From the NCBI RefSeq assembly GCF_902459745.1, contig NZ_CABPSJ010000003.1, forward strand, positions 778,957-810,956: DNA of 32,000 nt, given 5' to 3'. This DNA comes from Pandoraea communis. GTDB taxonomy: Bacteria > Pseudomonadota > Gammaproteobacteria > Burkholderiales > Burkholderiaceae. Made by a program: the position numbers and the translations under genes. The notes below the pieces were generated by a model that was not told the origin of the DNA, did no database searches, and saw nothing but the letters and a program-made list of their open reading frames with translations. Shown piece after piece: positions 11,677 to 21,700 of the stretch (the first letter of the stretch is position 1; each line of letters begins with the position of its first letter).

Positions 11677-13234
11677 CTTCGGCTCGCAAGTCACCCAGCT
11701 CATCGGCCGCCGCGTTCGCGAAGCGCACGTCTACTGCGAGATCCACCCGAACGACGTTTCGGACGAGTTCATTCGCGAATTCAATCCGAAGGCCGTCATT
11801 CTGTCGGGTAGCCACGCGAGCACATATGAGGATCAGGATCTGCGTGCCCCGCAGGCGGTGTGGGATCTGGGTGTGCCGGTGCTGGGCATTTGCTACGGCA
11901 TGTTCGCGATGACGGTCCAACTGGGCGGTCAGGTCGAGGCGAGCAACCATCGCGAGTTCGGTTACGCCGAGGTGCGTGCGCATGCGCATACGCCGCTGCT
12001 CGAGGGCCTTGAGGATTTCCGTACGACCGAAGGTCACGGCATGCTCAAGGTGTGGATGAGTCACGGTGACAAGGTCACGCAATTGCCGCCGGGCTTTGCG
12101 CTGATGGCGTCGACGCCGAGCTGCCCGATTGCCGGTATGGCCGACGTGGTGCGCAACTACTACGCAGTGCAGTTCCACCCGGAAGTCACGCATACGGTGA
12201 AGGGCCGCGAGTTGCTCGAGCGTTTCGTGCTGCAGATTGCCGGCGCGAAGCCGGACTGGATCATGCGCGACCACATCGAGGAAGCCGTCAAGGCGATTCG
12301 CGAGCAAGTGGGCGACGAAGAAGTGATTCTGGGGCTGTCGGGCGGTGTGGATTCGAGCGTTGCGGCGGCGCTGATTCATCGCGCTATTGGTGATCAACTG
12401 ACGTGTGTGTTTGTCGATCACGGTCTGCTGCGCCTGAATGAAGGCAAGATGGTGATGGAGATGTTCCAGGGGCGTCTGCACGCGAAGGTCGTGCATGTCG
12501 ACGCCGCTGAGCAGTTCATGGGCCATCTGACGGGGGTGACCGATCCGGAGCAGAAGCGCAAGATCATCGGCCGCGAATTTGTCGAAGTGTTCCAGGCCGA
12601 AGCGAAGAAGCTGAAGAACGCGAAGTGGCTGGCGCAGGGCACGATTTATCCGGACGTGATCGAGTCGGGTGGCGCGAAGACGAAGAAGGCGACGACGATC
12701 AAGAGCCACCATAACGTTGGTGGCCTGCCGGAGACGCTGGGGCTGAAGCTGCTTGAGCCGCTGCGCGACCTGTTCAAGGACGAAGTGCGCGAGCTGGGCG
12801 TGGCGCTGGGCCTGCCGCATGACATGGTCTATCGTCACCCGTTCCCGGGGCCGGGGCTGGGCGTACGGATTCTGGGTGAAGTGAAGCGCGACTACGCTGA
12901 CCTGCTGCGTCGCGCCGATGCCATCTTCATTGAAGAGTTGCGCAACACGGTCGAGCCGAACAGCGGTAAGACGTGGTACGAACTGACGAGCCAGGCGTTC
13001 GCGGTATTCCTGCCGGTCAAGAGCGTGGGTGTGATGGGCGATGGCCGCACGTATGAATGGGTCGTGGCACTGCGCGCCGTGCAGACGCAAGACTTCATGA
13101 CGGCGCACTGGGCACACTTGCCGCATGACCTGCTTGGCAAGGTCTCGAACCGCATCATCAACGAGGTTCGTGGTTTGAACCGCGTTGTTTATGACATCTC
13201 GGGCAAGCCACCGGCAACGATTGAGTGGGAGTGA
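11651..13234 (+). CDS. guaA: GMP synthase (glutamine-hydrolysing)
   Basis: The start at [13 protein letters not shown] gives 527 aa. It has a GATase domain (GICYG), an ATP-PPase loop (SGGVDSS) and the C-terminal IEWE. The longer ORF start at 11459 is rejected because its N-terminal extension is Arg/Pro-rich and non-homologous. Confidence 0.95.
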   Translation: MHDKILILDFGSQVTQLIGRRVREAHVYCEIHPNDVSDEFIREFNPKAVILSGSHASTYEDQDLRAPQAVWDLGVPVLGICYGMFAMTVQLGGQVEASNHREFGYAEVRAHAHTPLLEGLEDFRTTEGHGMLKVWMSHGDKVTQLPPGFALMASTPSCPIAGMADVVRNYYAVQFHPEVTHTVKGRELLERFVLQIAGAKPDWIMRDHIEEAVKAIREQVGDEEVILGLSGGVDSSVAAALIHRAIGDQLTCVFVDHGLLRLNEGKMVMEMFQGRLHAKVVHVDAAEQFMGHLTGVTDPEQKRKIIGREFVEVFQAEAKKLKNAKWLAQGTIYPDVIESGGAKTKKATTIKSHHNVGGLPETLGLKLLEPLRDLFKDEVRELGVALGLPHDMVYRHPFPGPGLGVRILGEVKRDYADLLRRADAIFIEELRNTVEPNSGKTWYELTSQAFAVFLPVKSVGVMGDGRTYEWVVALRAVQTQDFMTAHWAHLPHDLLGKVSNRIINEVRGLNRVVYDISGKPPATIEWE

Positions 13235-13452
13235 TCTAGCATCGTCTCACACCGTTTCAGGCAGTATCAAAAACTTCACGAAACCCAAGCGGGATAAGGA
13301 GTTAGTGGCTCAGGCAGTCTCAGCCGCTATCACCCGATCTCGCTCATTTTGACGGGCGTCGTGACGGTATCGTTGGAAGCGGTCGAAAACGCCGCTTCCG
13401 GTACCGACAGGGGGTCTGACGGTATCAAGCGGCAAATCAGAGTGAGGCTGAT

Positions 13453-14790
13453 TTGCTAACTGATCGTGAGTTGGGTGCCCTGACGCCCAAGGAAAAAATG
13501 TTCAAGGTGAGCGACCGCGACGGCTTGTACGTGGCGGTGCTCCCAACTGGTACCCGGGCCTTTCGGTACGACTACCGTCTCAACGGCCGGCGCGAGACCT
13601 TGGCGATCGGGCGCTACGACCCGGCATGCAAGGTGACCCGCGATCTCGATGCGCTTGAGTACGGGATGGGTATTTCACTGCGTGAGGCGCGCACGCTTCT
13701 GGACCGTGCTCGACGCGACGTGGAGCGCGGCGTGTCGCCATCGCGCGCCAAGGCTGAGAAGCGTGCCGCAGCGGCCGAGGCGCTGACGTTCGGCGGCTGG
13801 GCGCAGACCTACTTTAAGCACAAGGCGGACCCCAAGAGCGGGGCGGAGCAGTTAGCGGACAGCACGCTCGAGCTGCGGCAATCGACGTATCGGCGAGTAA
13901 TCGAGCCCGAACTGGGCCGCCTGAAGCTTGAGGAGGTGACGCCGCAGCGCCTGATGCGTCTGTGCCTTGACGCGAAGGAGAAGCGCGGCCCGGCTGTTGG
14001 CGTCCACGTTCGGGAAGTGGTGCACGCGGTGTTCCGCCACGCACAGGGCAGTGGCATTTCGATCCCGAACCCGGCGGACAGCGTCCGCGCCAGCGCAATC
14101 GCCACCTTCGAGCCGCGTGACCGCGCATTGTCTCCGGCCGAGATCCGAAAGTTCTTCACTGCTCTGGAGCAGGTTGCGGCCGCACCAACGCTGCGCCTGG
14201 CGCTGAAGTTCGTTCTGCTGACCGGTGTGCGCAAGAGCGAGTTCATCGACGCGACGTGGAGCGAGGTCGATTTCGACACGGAGCGCTGGACGATCCCCGG
14301 TTCGCGCATGAAGGCCGGCAAAGCCCATGTGGTCCCGTTGAGCGAACAGGCGCTGGACATTCTGACGGCGTTTCGTTCGTGCTTTGGAGCAAGCCAATAC
14401 TTGCATCCAGGGCGCTATGACCACGATTTGCCCATCAGCAACGCTACGCTGAATCGCATCATCGACGCTGCGGTCGAGCGCATCCAGAAAGACGATCCCG
14501 AGTTCCAGACTTTCGGCGTCCACGACTTGCGGCGAACGTTTTCTACCGGCCTGAACCGGGCGAAGTTCGATGAGCGGTGGGTTGAAATGTCGCTCGCTCA
14601 CGCGCCGCGAAACAGGATCGCAGCCGTGTACAACGTGAACCGCTACCTGTCGGAGCGGAAAATCATGCTGCAGTGCTGGGCGGACACGATCGACTGCTGG
14701 ATGCGCGGCGAGTCGGCACGCGAGCTGATCGCCGATGCCAAGCGGCGGGCCGCAGAGGTGCACGAGGATGATCTCGACGACGATCTGTAG
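13453..14790 (+). CDS. int: P4-type tyrosine integrase (N-terminal DUF4102-like arm-binding domain)
   Basis: The N-terminus LTDRELGAL..K..KVSDRDGLYVAVLPTGTRAFRYDYRLNGRR is the typical P4-integrase N-domain. The C-terminal catalytic residues sit in HDLRRTF and LAH...VY contexts. The TTG start is required to include the conserved LTD motif. Confidence 0.9.
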   Translation: MLTDRELGALTPKEKMFKVSDRDGLYVAVLPTGTRAFRYDYRLNGRRETLAIGRYDPACKVTRDLDALEYGMGISLREARTLLDRARRDVERGVSPSRAKAEKRAAAAEALTFGGWAQTYFKHKADPKSGAEQLADSTLELRQSTYRRVIEPELGRLKLEEVTPQRLMRLCLDAKEKRGPAVGVHVREVVHAVFRHAQGSGISIPNPADSVRASAIATFEPRDRALSPAEIRKFFTALEQVAAAPTLRLALKFVLLTGVRKSEFIDATWSEVDFDTERWTIPGSRMKAGKAHVVPLSEQALDILTAFRSCFGASQYLHPGRYDHDLPISNATLNRIIDAAVERIQKDDPEFQTFGVHDLRRTFSTGLNRAKFDERWVEMSLAHAPRNRIAAVYNVNRYLSERKIMLQCWADTIDCWMRGESARELIADAKRRAAEVHEDDLDDDL

Positions 14791-14806
14791 GGTCGACTGC
14801 TAGGAG

Positions 14807-14831
14807 CACGCCCCGCCTAGAGCGGGGCGTG
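14807..14831 (+). terminator. GC-rich hairpin after int (possible terminator)
   Basis: Perfect 10-bp stem (cacgccccgc pairing with gcggggcgtg) with a 5-nt loop, 17 nt after the int stop. There is no clear T-run. Confidence 0.4.
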
Positions 14832-14987
14832 TGGCAGACTTCCTCAACTTGGTTGAATAAAATCTCTTTAAAAATCATTGGGTTACTCTAATCATTGCCT
14901 CGTGTCGTATCACGTAGTCTCGTCGTGACATTACCGTGTAGGCATTGGCTGGCGCACTGGCGCGGCCGCCACACGAGGACTAACGCA

Positions 14988-15197
14988 ATGAACCCGCCCA
15001 TTCGAATTCTGCGGCTGAAGGATGTTCAGCAACGAATCGGAATCTCCCGCCCAACTGTTTATCGGTGGCTGGACAAGGATCCGTCTTTCCCGAAGCCGGT
15101 CTCACTTGGTTCGCACTCGATTGGTTTTGTTGAGAGCGAGATCGACGCCTGGCTTGAGGCCCGCGTCCGGGCGTCCCGTGGAGAGGTGGCCGCATGA
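14988..15197 (+). CDS. alpA: AlpA-family (MerR-like HTH) phage/island transcriptional regulator
   Basis: MNPPIRILRLKDVQQRIGISRPTVYRWL...FPKPV.LG..S.GF.ESEIDAWL is the AlpA/Xis-like pattern. I chose the start at 14988 inside the longer ORF. Confidence 0.85.
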   Translation: MNPPIRILRLKDVQQRIGISRPTVYRWLDKDPSFPKPVSLGSHSIGFVESEIDAWLEARVRASRGEVAA

Positions 15198-15640
15198 GCC
15201 GCCTTCCTCCTGAACTCGATCTGCGACTGACCAATGAGGCGTCGTCAACTGCTGAGGTGCGGCGTTGCATGGCTGTGCACGGCGCGGTGCTCGAATCCTT
15301 TGGTTGGCACGCAGTCCCGGTCCAGAACGGGTTCCATCGCTGGGTCGCATTCAACCGCCAGAACGAAGGGGCTATCGCGGACGCGCATCGGGACACCGGG
15401 CTGATCGCGATTCGGCGTGAGGGCGAGTCGCCTGTTTTCAGCCTCAACATCCCATCGCTGCTAGTTGTTGCATGCCAATTCGCTCAGGAAGGGTTTGGCT
15501 GCATTCCTGATGGGGAGGTCTTGGCTGTTCTGCTGGCCTGGCTCCTTGTCGATGCCTGCGGACTGCCAATGAGCGACGAGCTCATCACGGCTCTCGCGAT
15601 TCAAAACGCAAGAATCGCAGCGGAGTACTTCCCGCAATGA
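15194..15640 (+). CDS. Hypothetical protein
   Basis: 148-aa ORF whose ATG overlaps the alpA stop (ATGA at 15194-15197), suggesting translational coupling. No family recognised. Confidence 0.5.
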   Translation: MSRLPPELDLRLTNEASSTAEVRRCMAVHGAVLESFGWHAVPVQNGFHRWVAFNRQNEGAIADAHRDTGLIAIRREGESPVFSLNIPSLLVVACQFAQEGFGCIPDGEVLAVLLAWLLVDACGLPMSDELITALAIQNARIAAEYFPQ

Positions 15641-15853
15641 CCGCACTCAACCAGCCGCGCCGCACATTGACGACTGTGGCGCCTGGCTACCGCAGCGATC
15701 AGCGCCAAACCCGTCGCAATGCCTGCCCAGGCCCGCAGTACTAAACCAAGGGCCAAAAAAATGCCGACACGCGCTTGTACCGGCATCAATGGCCCAAACA
15801 ATTCGAAGCTCATGAGTCTTCATTCTGGTATCACGACCGCCGAGACTGGCGGT

Positions 15854-18754
15854 ATGTCGCAAATTGGTGACGTCGAGCGTTACATCAGCGCCATGTTTGC
15901 ACTCGATCCGGGCATGGAACGCGAGTCGTGGGTGCGCGTGGCAATGGCGGCCAAGGCCAGCGGCATAGACCTTGAGCACTTCGACCGTTGGAGTTCAGCC
16001 GCAGACAACTACGACGCCAAGGATTGCGCGGCCACGTGGAGGTCAATCAGCGCAGATGGTCGCGTTGGCCCAGGAACGTTGATCCAGATGGCGCAGGAAG
16101 CTGGCTGGCGTTACGAAGGCCAGCGCGTTCAGCTAAGCGCAACCGAGATCGCCCGGCGCGATGCCGAGCGTGCCCAGCGTCGAGAACGCGAGGAGGGGCA
16201 GCGTGTCGCACAGCATGAAGCTGCGGCCGCGCATGCCACGAGCATCTGGAACGGCGCGAAGTCCGCCGCGAAGCCGACCGATGTCACACACGCATACCAG
16301 CGTGCCAAGGGCATTTGCTCGAACGGCGCGCGCACCGGCGACTGGCCGGTGATCGACCCGGACACAGGCGAGATCCGCTACACCGTCAAGAACGCGCTTC
16401 TCCTGCAGATCCGCGACTTCGATAAGCGCATCCACTCGGTACAAGCGATCATCGAGCGCACCGGCGAGAACGGGCGGACAGAGTTCACCAAACTCTTTCT
16501 CCCCGGCGGCGCCAAAAAGGGCCATTTCTTCCCAATTGGACAGCCGCGTCAGGGTGCTGATGGCCGCCGCACGTTCATTGTCGCCGAAGGGTTTGCGACC
16601 GCTGGGAGCGTTCATGAGGCGACCGGGCATGGCTGCGTCGTGGCGTTCGACGCGGGCAATCTCGCGCCGGTGTGTCGCGAGATCCGAGCACGGTTTCCGG
16701 GTGCGCACATCCTGATTGTCGGCGATCGCGATGCCGAGGATCACGCGCAGTCTACGGGCTCGCGCAAGGCTGCTGATGCGGCCCTCGAGGTCGGCGCATG
16801 CCTGTTCGTTCCCGAGTGGACAGGCGCTGGGCGCGATGCGAACGACATCTTTGTGCGCGGTTTTCAGCACGAGTGGGTCGATGCGGACGGCAATCACCAG
16901 ACGGTCAATATCGCCGGGCCAGACCATCTTCAAGCCTGCGTTGAGCTGGCGCTTGCGGCCGGGCCTCTGCAATCCGAACAGTTCAAGCAGACGATGGACG
17001 GTCTCGCGCGCGTATCCGCCTCACAGGCCGACGACGCGGGCAGCGCTGAGGATGCGGTGGGTGCTATCCAGCAGGCGAGTCGGGCTGACGACGTCGATCC
17101 CGAGGACGATACCGCACCCGGCGAGAACCCGTTCGCGAACAATCGGCATTTCCGCGTGCTTGGCGTCGACGGGGACGCGTACTTCTTTTTCCGGAAAGGC
17201 CGGAGAAACCAGATCCTGACCATCCGCACGAGCGGTCTCAGCAAGAACGCACTGATGTCTCTCGCGCCGCTCAACTGGTGGGAGGGGATCATGCAGGGAA
17301 ACTTCGACAAGGACGCCGCCGTTGGCTTCCTGATGGAGGCGGCCGAGGCGGCGGGCATCTATGACCCTACGTTCACGCGCGGGCGCGGAGCGTGGTGGGA
17401 CGGCGACCGAATGGTGGTGCACCTGGGCGATCGACTGTTGGTCGACGGTACATCCACAGAACTGGGCGCGATTCGCTCGGAGTTCCTCTATCAAGGCGGC
17501 CGCAAGATCGTGGCGCCTTCGGATACGCTGCTCAGCGCGGCCGATGGCACTTGGCTGCTCGAAATGGCGAACTCGTTTCGCTGGGCGAAGTCGGCATCGG
17601 CGCCGCTCCTATGCGGTTGGTTGCTGCTGAGCCCCTTGTGCGGTGCACTGCGTTGGCGTCCGCACGCGTGGATCACGGGCGGCGCCGGGTCTGGCAAGAC
17701 GACGATCCTGAATGAGTCTGTGCGCCCGCTGATCCCGGCGGGCATGGACGTGTTTGCCAACGGCGACAGCACGGAGGCGGGCCTCCGCCAGACCCTGCGC
17801 AGCGACGCGAGGCCGATCCTGATCGACGAGAGCGAGTCCGACACGGAAGCGGCGGCGACCAAGATGCAGCGCATTCTCGTCATGATCCGCCAGTCGTCGA
17901 GCGACACCGGCGCGCAAACCTATCGAGGCACCGTCGGCGGTGAGGCGCAGGCATTCCAAGTGCGTTCGATGGCGCTGCTTTCCAGCATCGGCGTCGCGCT
18001 CGACCGACAGCAGGACCTTGAGCGCGTCACCGTGCTCGCGCTGCGGCCGAAGCGGGAAGGCGAGGCGACCGACGTGAAGAACTGGCCGGCCATCCGCGCC
18101 GGGCTCAACAAAATTGCGAGGGACAAGACGCTGAGCGCGCGGCTGTTCCGCCGTTCGATCGACATGGCGCCCGTGATTATGGAGTCGATCGACGTGTTCA
18201 CGGAGGCGGCAGCCACGTTCTTCGGAACTGCGCGCGAGGGCGACCAGATCGGCGCGCTCCTGGCCGGCGCGTGGTGCCTCGTCAACGATCGATTGCCGAC
18301 ACCGGACGAGGCGTTGGCGGAGATTAAGCGGCACGACTGGCACGATTACCAGGAAGGCAAGGCCGAGGAGCAGGACGATCTGATTGCGACGCTCATGGGG
18401 CGCCCGATCACTCGGCAAGGTGGGGTTCGGACCTCGGTTGGTAAGTTGGTCGCATGCGCGGCAGGATATGCGGTCGAGGAACTGGGCATCCTGCCGACCG
18501 TAGCCGACAGCGAGCTGCACAACTTCGGCATGAAAGTGAAGGATGGTTTTGTTTGGTTCCATCCGAAGAACGCGGAGCTCCTCAAGCTGATGCGGGAAAC
18601 GAAGTTCTCGTCAGACCTTCGAGGGCGGCTGAAGCGAATTCAGGGCGCCAGCACCAAAGACGGCATCCGCATCGGTGAGGCTGCTACCAGCGGGATCCTG
18701 ATCCCATTGAGCGCCGCGCTGAGCCATCGGGATAGCGACGACCAGACGTTCTAG
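15854..18754 (+). CDS. Island replication protein: PriCT-2-like + Toprim primase + P-loop (helicase-type) NTPase
   Basis: PriCT-like segment (WVRVAMAAKASGIDLEHFDRWS, about 15866-16094). Toprim segment (FIVAEGFATA ... LIVGDRDAED, about 16571-16829). Walker A GGAGSGKTT (17678-17704) and Walker B ILIDESE. The start is uncertain, with alternatives at 15719 and 15812. Confidence 0.8.
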   Translation: MSQIGDVERYISAMFALDPGMERESWVRVAMAAKASGIDLEHFDRWSSAADNYDAKDCAATWRSISADGRVGPGTLIQMAQEAGWRYEGQRVQLSATEIARRDAERAQRREREEGQRVAQHEAAAAHATSIWNGAKSAAKPTDVTHAYQRAKGICSNGARTGDWPVIDPDTGEIRYTVKNALLLQIRDFDKRIHSVQAIIERTGENGRTEFTKLFLPGGAKKGHFFPIGQPRQGADGRRTFIVAEGFATAGSVHEATGHGCVVAFDAGNLAPVCREIRARFPGAHILIVGDRDAEDHAQSTGSRKAADAALEVGACLFVPEWTGAGRDANDIFVRGFQHEWVDADGNHQTVNIAGPDHLQACVELALAAGPLQSEQFKQTMDGLARVSASQADDAGSAEDAVGAIQQASRADDVDPEDDTAPGENPFANNRHFRVLGVDGDAYFFFRKGRRNQILTIRTSGLSKNALMSLAPLNWWEGIMQGNFDKDAAVGFLMEAAEAAGIYDPTFTRGRGAWWDGDRMVVHLGDRLLVDGTSTELGAIRSEFLYQGGRKIVAPSDTLLSAADGTWLLEMANSFRWAKSASAPLLCGWLLLSPLCGALRWRPHAWITGGAGSGKTTILNESVRPLIPAGMDVFANGDSTEAGLRQTLRSDARPILIDESESDTEAAATKMQRILVMIRQSSSDTGAQTYRGTVGGEAQAFQVRSMALLSSIGVALDRQQDLERVTVLALRPKREGEATDVKNWPAIRAGLNKIARDKTLSARLFRRSIDMAPVIMESIDVFTEAAATFFGTAREGDQIGALLAGAWCLVNDRLPTPDEALAEIKRHDWHDYQEGKAEEQDDLIATLMGRPITRQGGVRTSVGKLVACAAGYAVEELGILPTVADSELHNFGMKVKDGFVWFHPKNAELLKLMRETKFSSDLRGRLKRIQGASTKDGIRIGEAATSGILIPLSAALSHRDSDDQTF

Positions 18755-18758
18755 CCGG

Positions 18759-21700
18759 TTAGCCGTCGGCTGTGGCGTCCGGGTCTGGTTGCATTATCGG
18801 CCAAGGCTTGCCTGACGGCAGGTCGGGGTGACGCGGCTCGCCTTCCGGCATTCCGTGTTCATCCCGAATCTCGTCGATCTGACGCAGCCGGCGCGCAGCG
18901 GCGTCAGTGGGACCACCGTCCGTGGTCAGTGCAAGCAGCTTTTGGCGCAAGCTATCGGCAGGGACCGGAACAACGTTGTATGCGCCTGCCCAATCGCTGA
19001 CGGGCTCATGCTCAGTAACAAGCCGTTCAATGGTTTGCCAGCTAGCAAAGGGCCGATTTAGCTCTTGTTCGAATTTTACGAGTAACAGCAAACCGTCGTT
19101 GTCGGGAGCTTCTGCGACCGCGCGGGTCAGCAGTGCCAGCCCGGGAGTGGTCGGGCCGGCATTCAAGAGGCCGTACAAATGGGAGCGTAGGTCCGGGTGC
19201 GCTTCGATCTGGCTGCCGAGTTCCCGCGCTAGGTGCCAGTCGTTCCCCACTCGCTCGAAAGCCCCGGCGGCGGTCAGGTCAATGATACGACGCGCTGAAG
19301 ATGGTGTGCCGAGCCTCAAAACTGCCGCGCGCCACCGCTCGTTCAAGTAAAAACGCGGGTCTTCCTCGGCGAGCTTGAACAAGACCTGTTCGGCTTCGTC
19401 CGATGGAGCATTGGCAAGAACCCCGACCATTTCCTCCAAGAAGCGAGGCTCGCGCTGCGTGGGCGGCATGCCGCGCACGACAGCTAGCGCCCCGGTTGGA
19501 TGGCTTACGAACGGCAGAAGGCGCAGCCACAACTTCAATTCGTAGCCATCGCTCTGCGTCAATATCCATGGTTCGGTCTTCGCCGCCTCGAGCGTCTCGG
19601 AGATTCCGTCGGAAACAACCTTGATGTCGATCTCCTCGCCCGAAAGAACGAGGTTCAGAAGCAGAGTGGGACGCGCGCGCCTCGGTGCGAGGGCAATGAG
19701 CTTCTGGATCGTGCTGTCGCGCTGGCCGTGCGGAAGCCGTACAGCGGCAATGCCAAGCGCGACCGCGAGTGCTTTCTGTTCGTTTGTCGCGCCATCCGCA
19801 GTTAGGGGTTCGACCGCGGCGAAGATTGCTTCGGCTTCCGCAGAAGTTGCTTGAGGATCGACGGCACGCGCCCCGCGCTTCTCCTCTACGCCCGAGAAGT
19901 CCACTCCGAACATAACGCGCTTATCTTTCGGCGGCTCGTTTGCGGCGCGCCATTGGTCGGCGAGCACCTGCGCGGCGAGTTCGCCGAAGTGCTGGTCCGC
20001 CAGATATTCCTGCATCATGGCGGCGGTCTCTGGCGTTTTGATTGCCGAGAAGGCCCGCTGGTACTCGTGCGTCATGGGCTGGCGAGCTTCGTTCAAGGCG
20101 TCGCCTTGCCGCCAACCGGCAGCCTCCGCCTGCTCGCGGTAAGCGCGGAAGCGCCGCAGATTGTCGTCCAGTAGCCGTTTCAAGATAGGCAGCAGGTCCA
20201 CGGACGGAGCGTGGCTCGCAAGCGTGCCGATGCTGGCCTTTTGCCAGCGCTCCGCGTCGTCCGAGGCAAGCATCCGGTTGCCCCAGTCTTCGACGAGGCC
20301 CCGTATGGACGCCAGCGCGGCAGCGTCGAACGGTCTGCCGCGTTCGGTTTCGCCATCGGGATGTCGCGAGAGAAGTTCGGCCAAGCGCGTCATCTGCTCG
20401 TTGTCCGCCTGCGCCGACCGCGCTAGTACGGCGGCAACGAGACTCGTGCCGGGCACGTGCGCGATGCGGTTTTGTAGCCCAACGTAAAGCTCACTGGCGG
20501 CTTGGTCGAACTTGCCATCAGCGCGCACGCGCGCTCCTGTGTCGAGCAATGCGTCAACCATGCGGCCCACGGCGATCGGCCCGAGTACCGACGCGGCGGC
20601 CTCTGCACGGGCATCGTGGCGGCCAGGGTCGGAAAGCGCCAGATCGACTAGTGCGTCGTCTTCCAGAGCGAATCCAGCAGACGCTAGAAGGTCATCGGCG
20701 CCGTAGAACAACGGATGGCCCGCACGTACGCGCACCAGCAGGCCGTCCGCGATCGCGCCCAAATAGCGGTTGCGCGCCTCATAGATCAATTGCACCCCCG
20801 CATCCTGGGGCTGGTCGATCTCCATCGTGCTGACAATATCTCTCAACTCGGCGCTTCGGTCCTCGCGGCCTTGCGCGTCCACGATCCCGCGCAGGCGATC
20901 ATGAGCTGATGTGCCATTCGCCGCCTGCCGCTCGCGCGTCGCCGCGACGCCTTTTCTTACTGGCTCATCGTCAACTTCATCGATGAGGTCTCTGCGGACA
21001 ACCAGGTCGAAGGTCTTGTCGCTCGCGTTGTGCAGTACTTCTGCTACGTGGCGGTCCGCCCGCCGAAACGAGAGCGCGTCGACGACGGATGCCTGTACTT
21101 CAGGATCGGGATCGTTCTTCGCAATGGCGCTCGCGAGATCGAGGCCATCCATCCCGCTGCGCGAGGCCATTTCGCTGAGCAGCACGGTCCGGAGGTGCGG
21201 CGACAAAGCCTTGATCTTGTTCTCGGCGTCGTTTCCCAGGATCGAGGGTCTAAAACGCCTGCAATTGCGCAACGCCTTGAGGCTGATCTGATCATCTTGA
21301 TTGGTGATCAGCGGCCAAACTGCATCGAGGAATTCTGAGCGACCAGACGTGAGCATGAAGCGAACGGCGCGATCGACTGTTCCGGGTGCGTGCCAGCGCG
21401 CCACGAGTCCTTTAATGGTCTTGGCGATCTGCGACCACACTTCTTCCGTGGAGCGGAAGATCATCTCGGCGGCCAGGATCGGATCGACCTCAAATGCGGC
21501 GACGATCGCCTTGCCGCACGCGGCCCGCTGGTCCGCATCGCCGCGCGCCAGACGCTCGACTGCAAAGAGGATGGGTTCCTCCCATGCCGGGAGATTGAAG
21601 ACTTCTGCCTTCAATGTCTCGCGCCCGCTGGGATCGTCGACTTCGGCGATGATCCGGCGCTCGACCGAATGAGACGCGTACCATTCCTGAAACTGCTGGT

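Noticed and set aside
11588-13126. 512-aa minus-strand ORF antisense to guaA
   Set aside because: High-GC antisense shadow ORF with an Arg/His/Leu-rich, low-complexity translation.
13235-13452. A tRNA or tmRNA gene as the island attachment site
   Set aside because: I found no cloverleaf-compatible sequence between guaA and int. The island appears to use the guaA 3' end itself.
14862-14900. AT-rich patch with duplicated AATCATTG (14873-14880 and 14890-14897) upstream of alpA as a defined promoter or operator
   Set aside because: The location is plausible for the alpA promoter. However, I could not find -35 and -10 hexamers with proper spacing, and an 8-bp direct repeat occurring twice is weak evidence.
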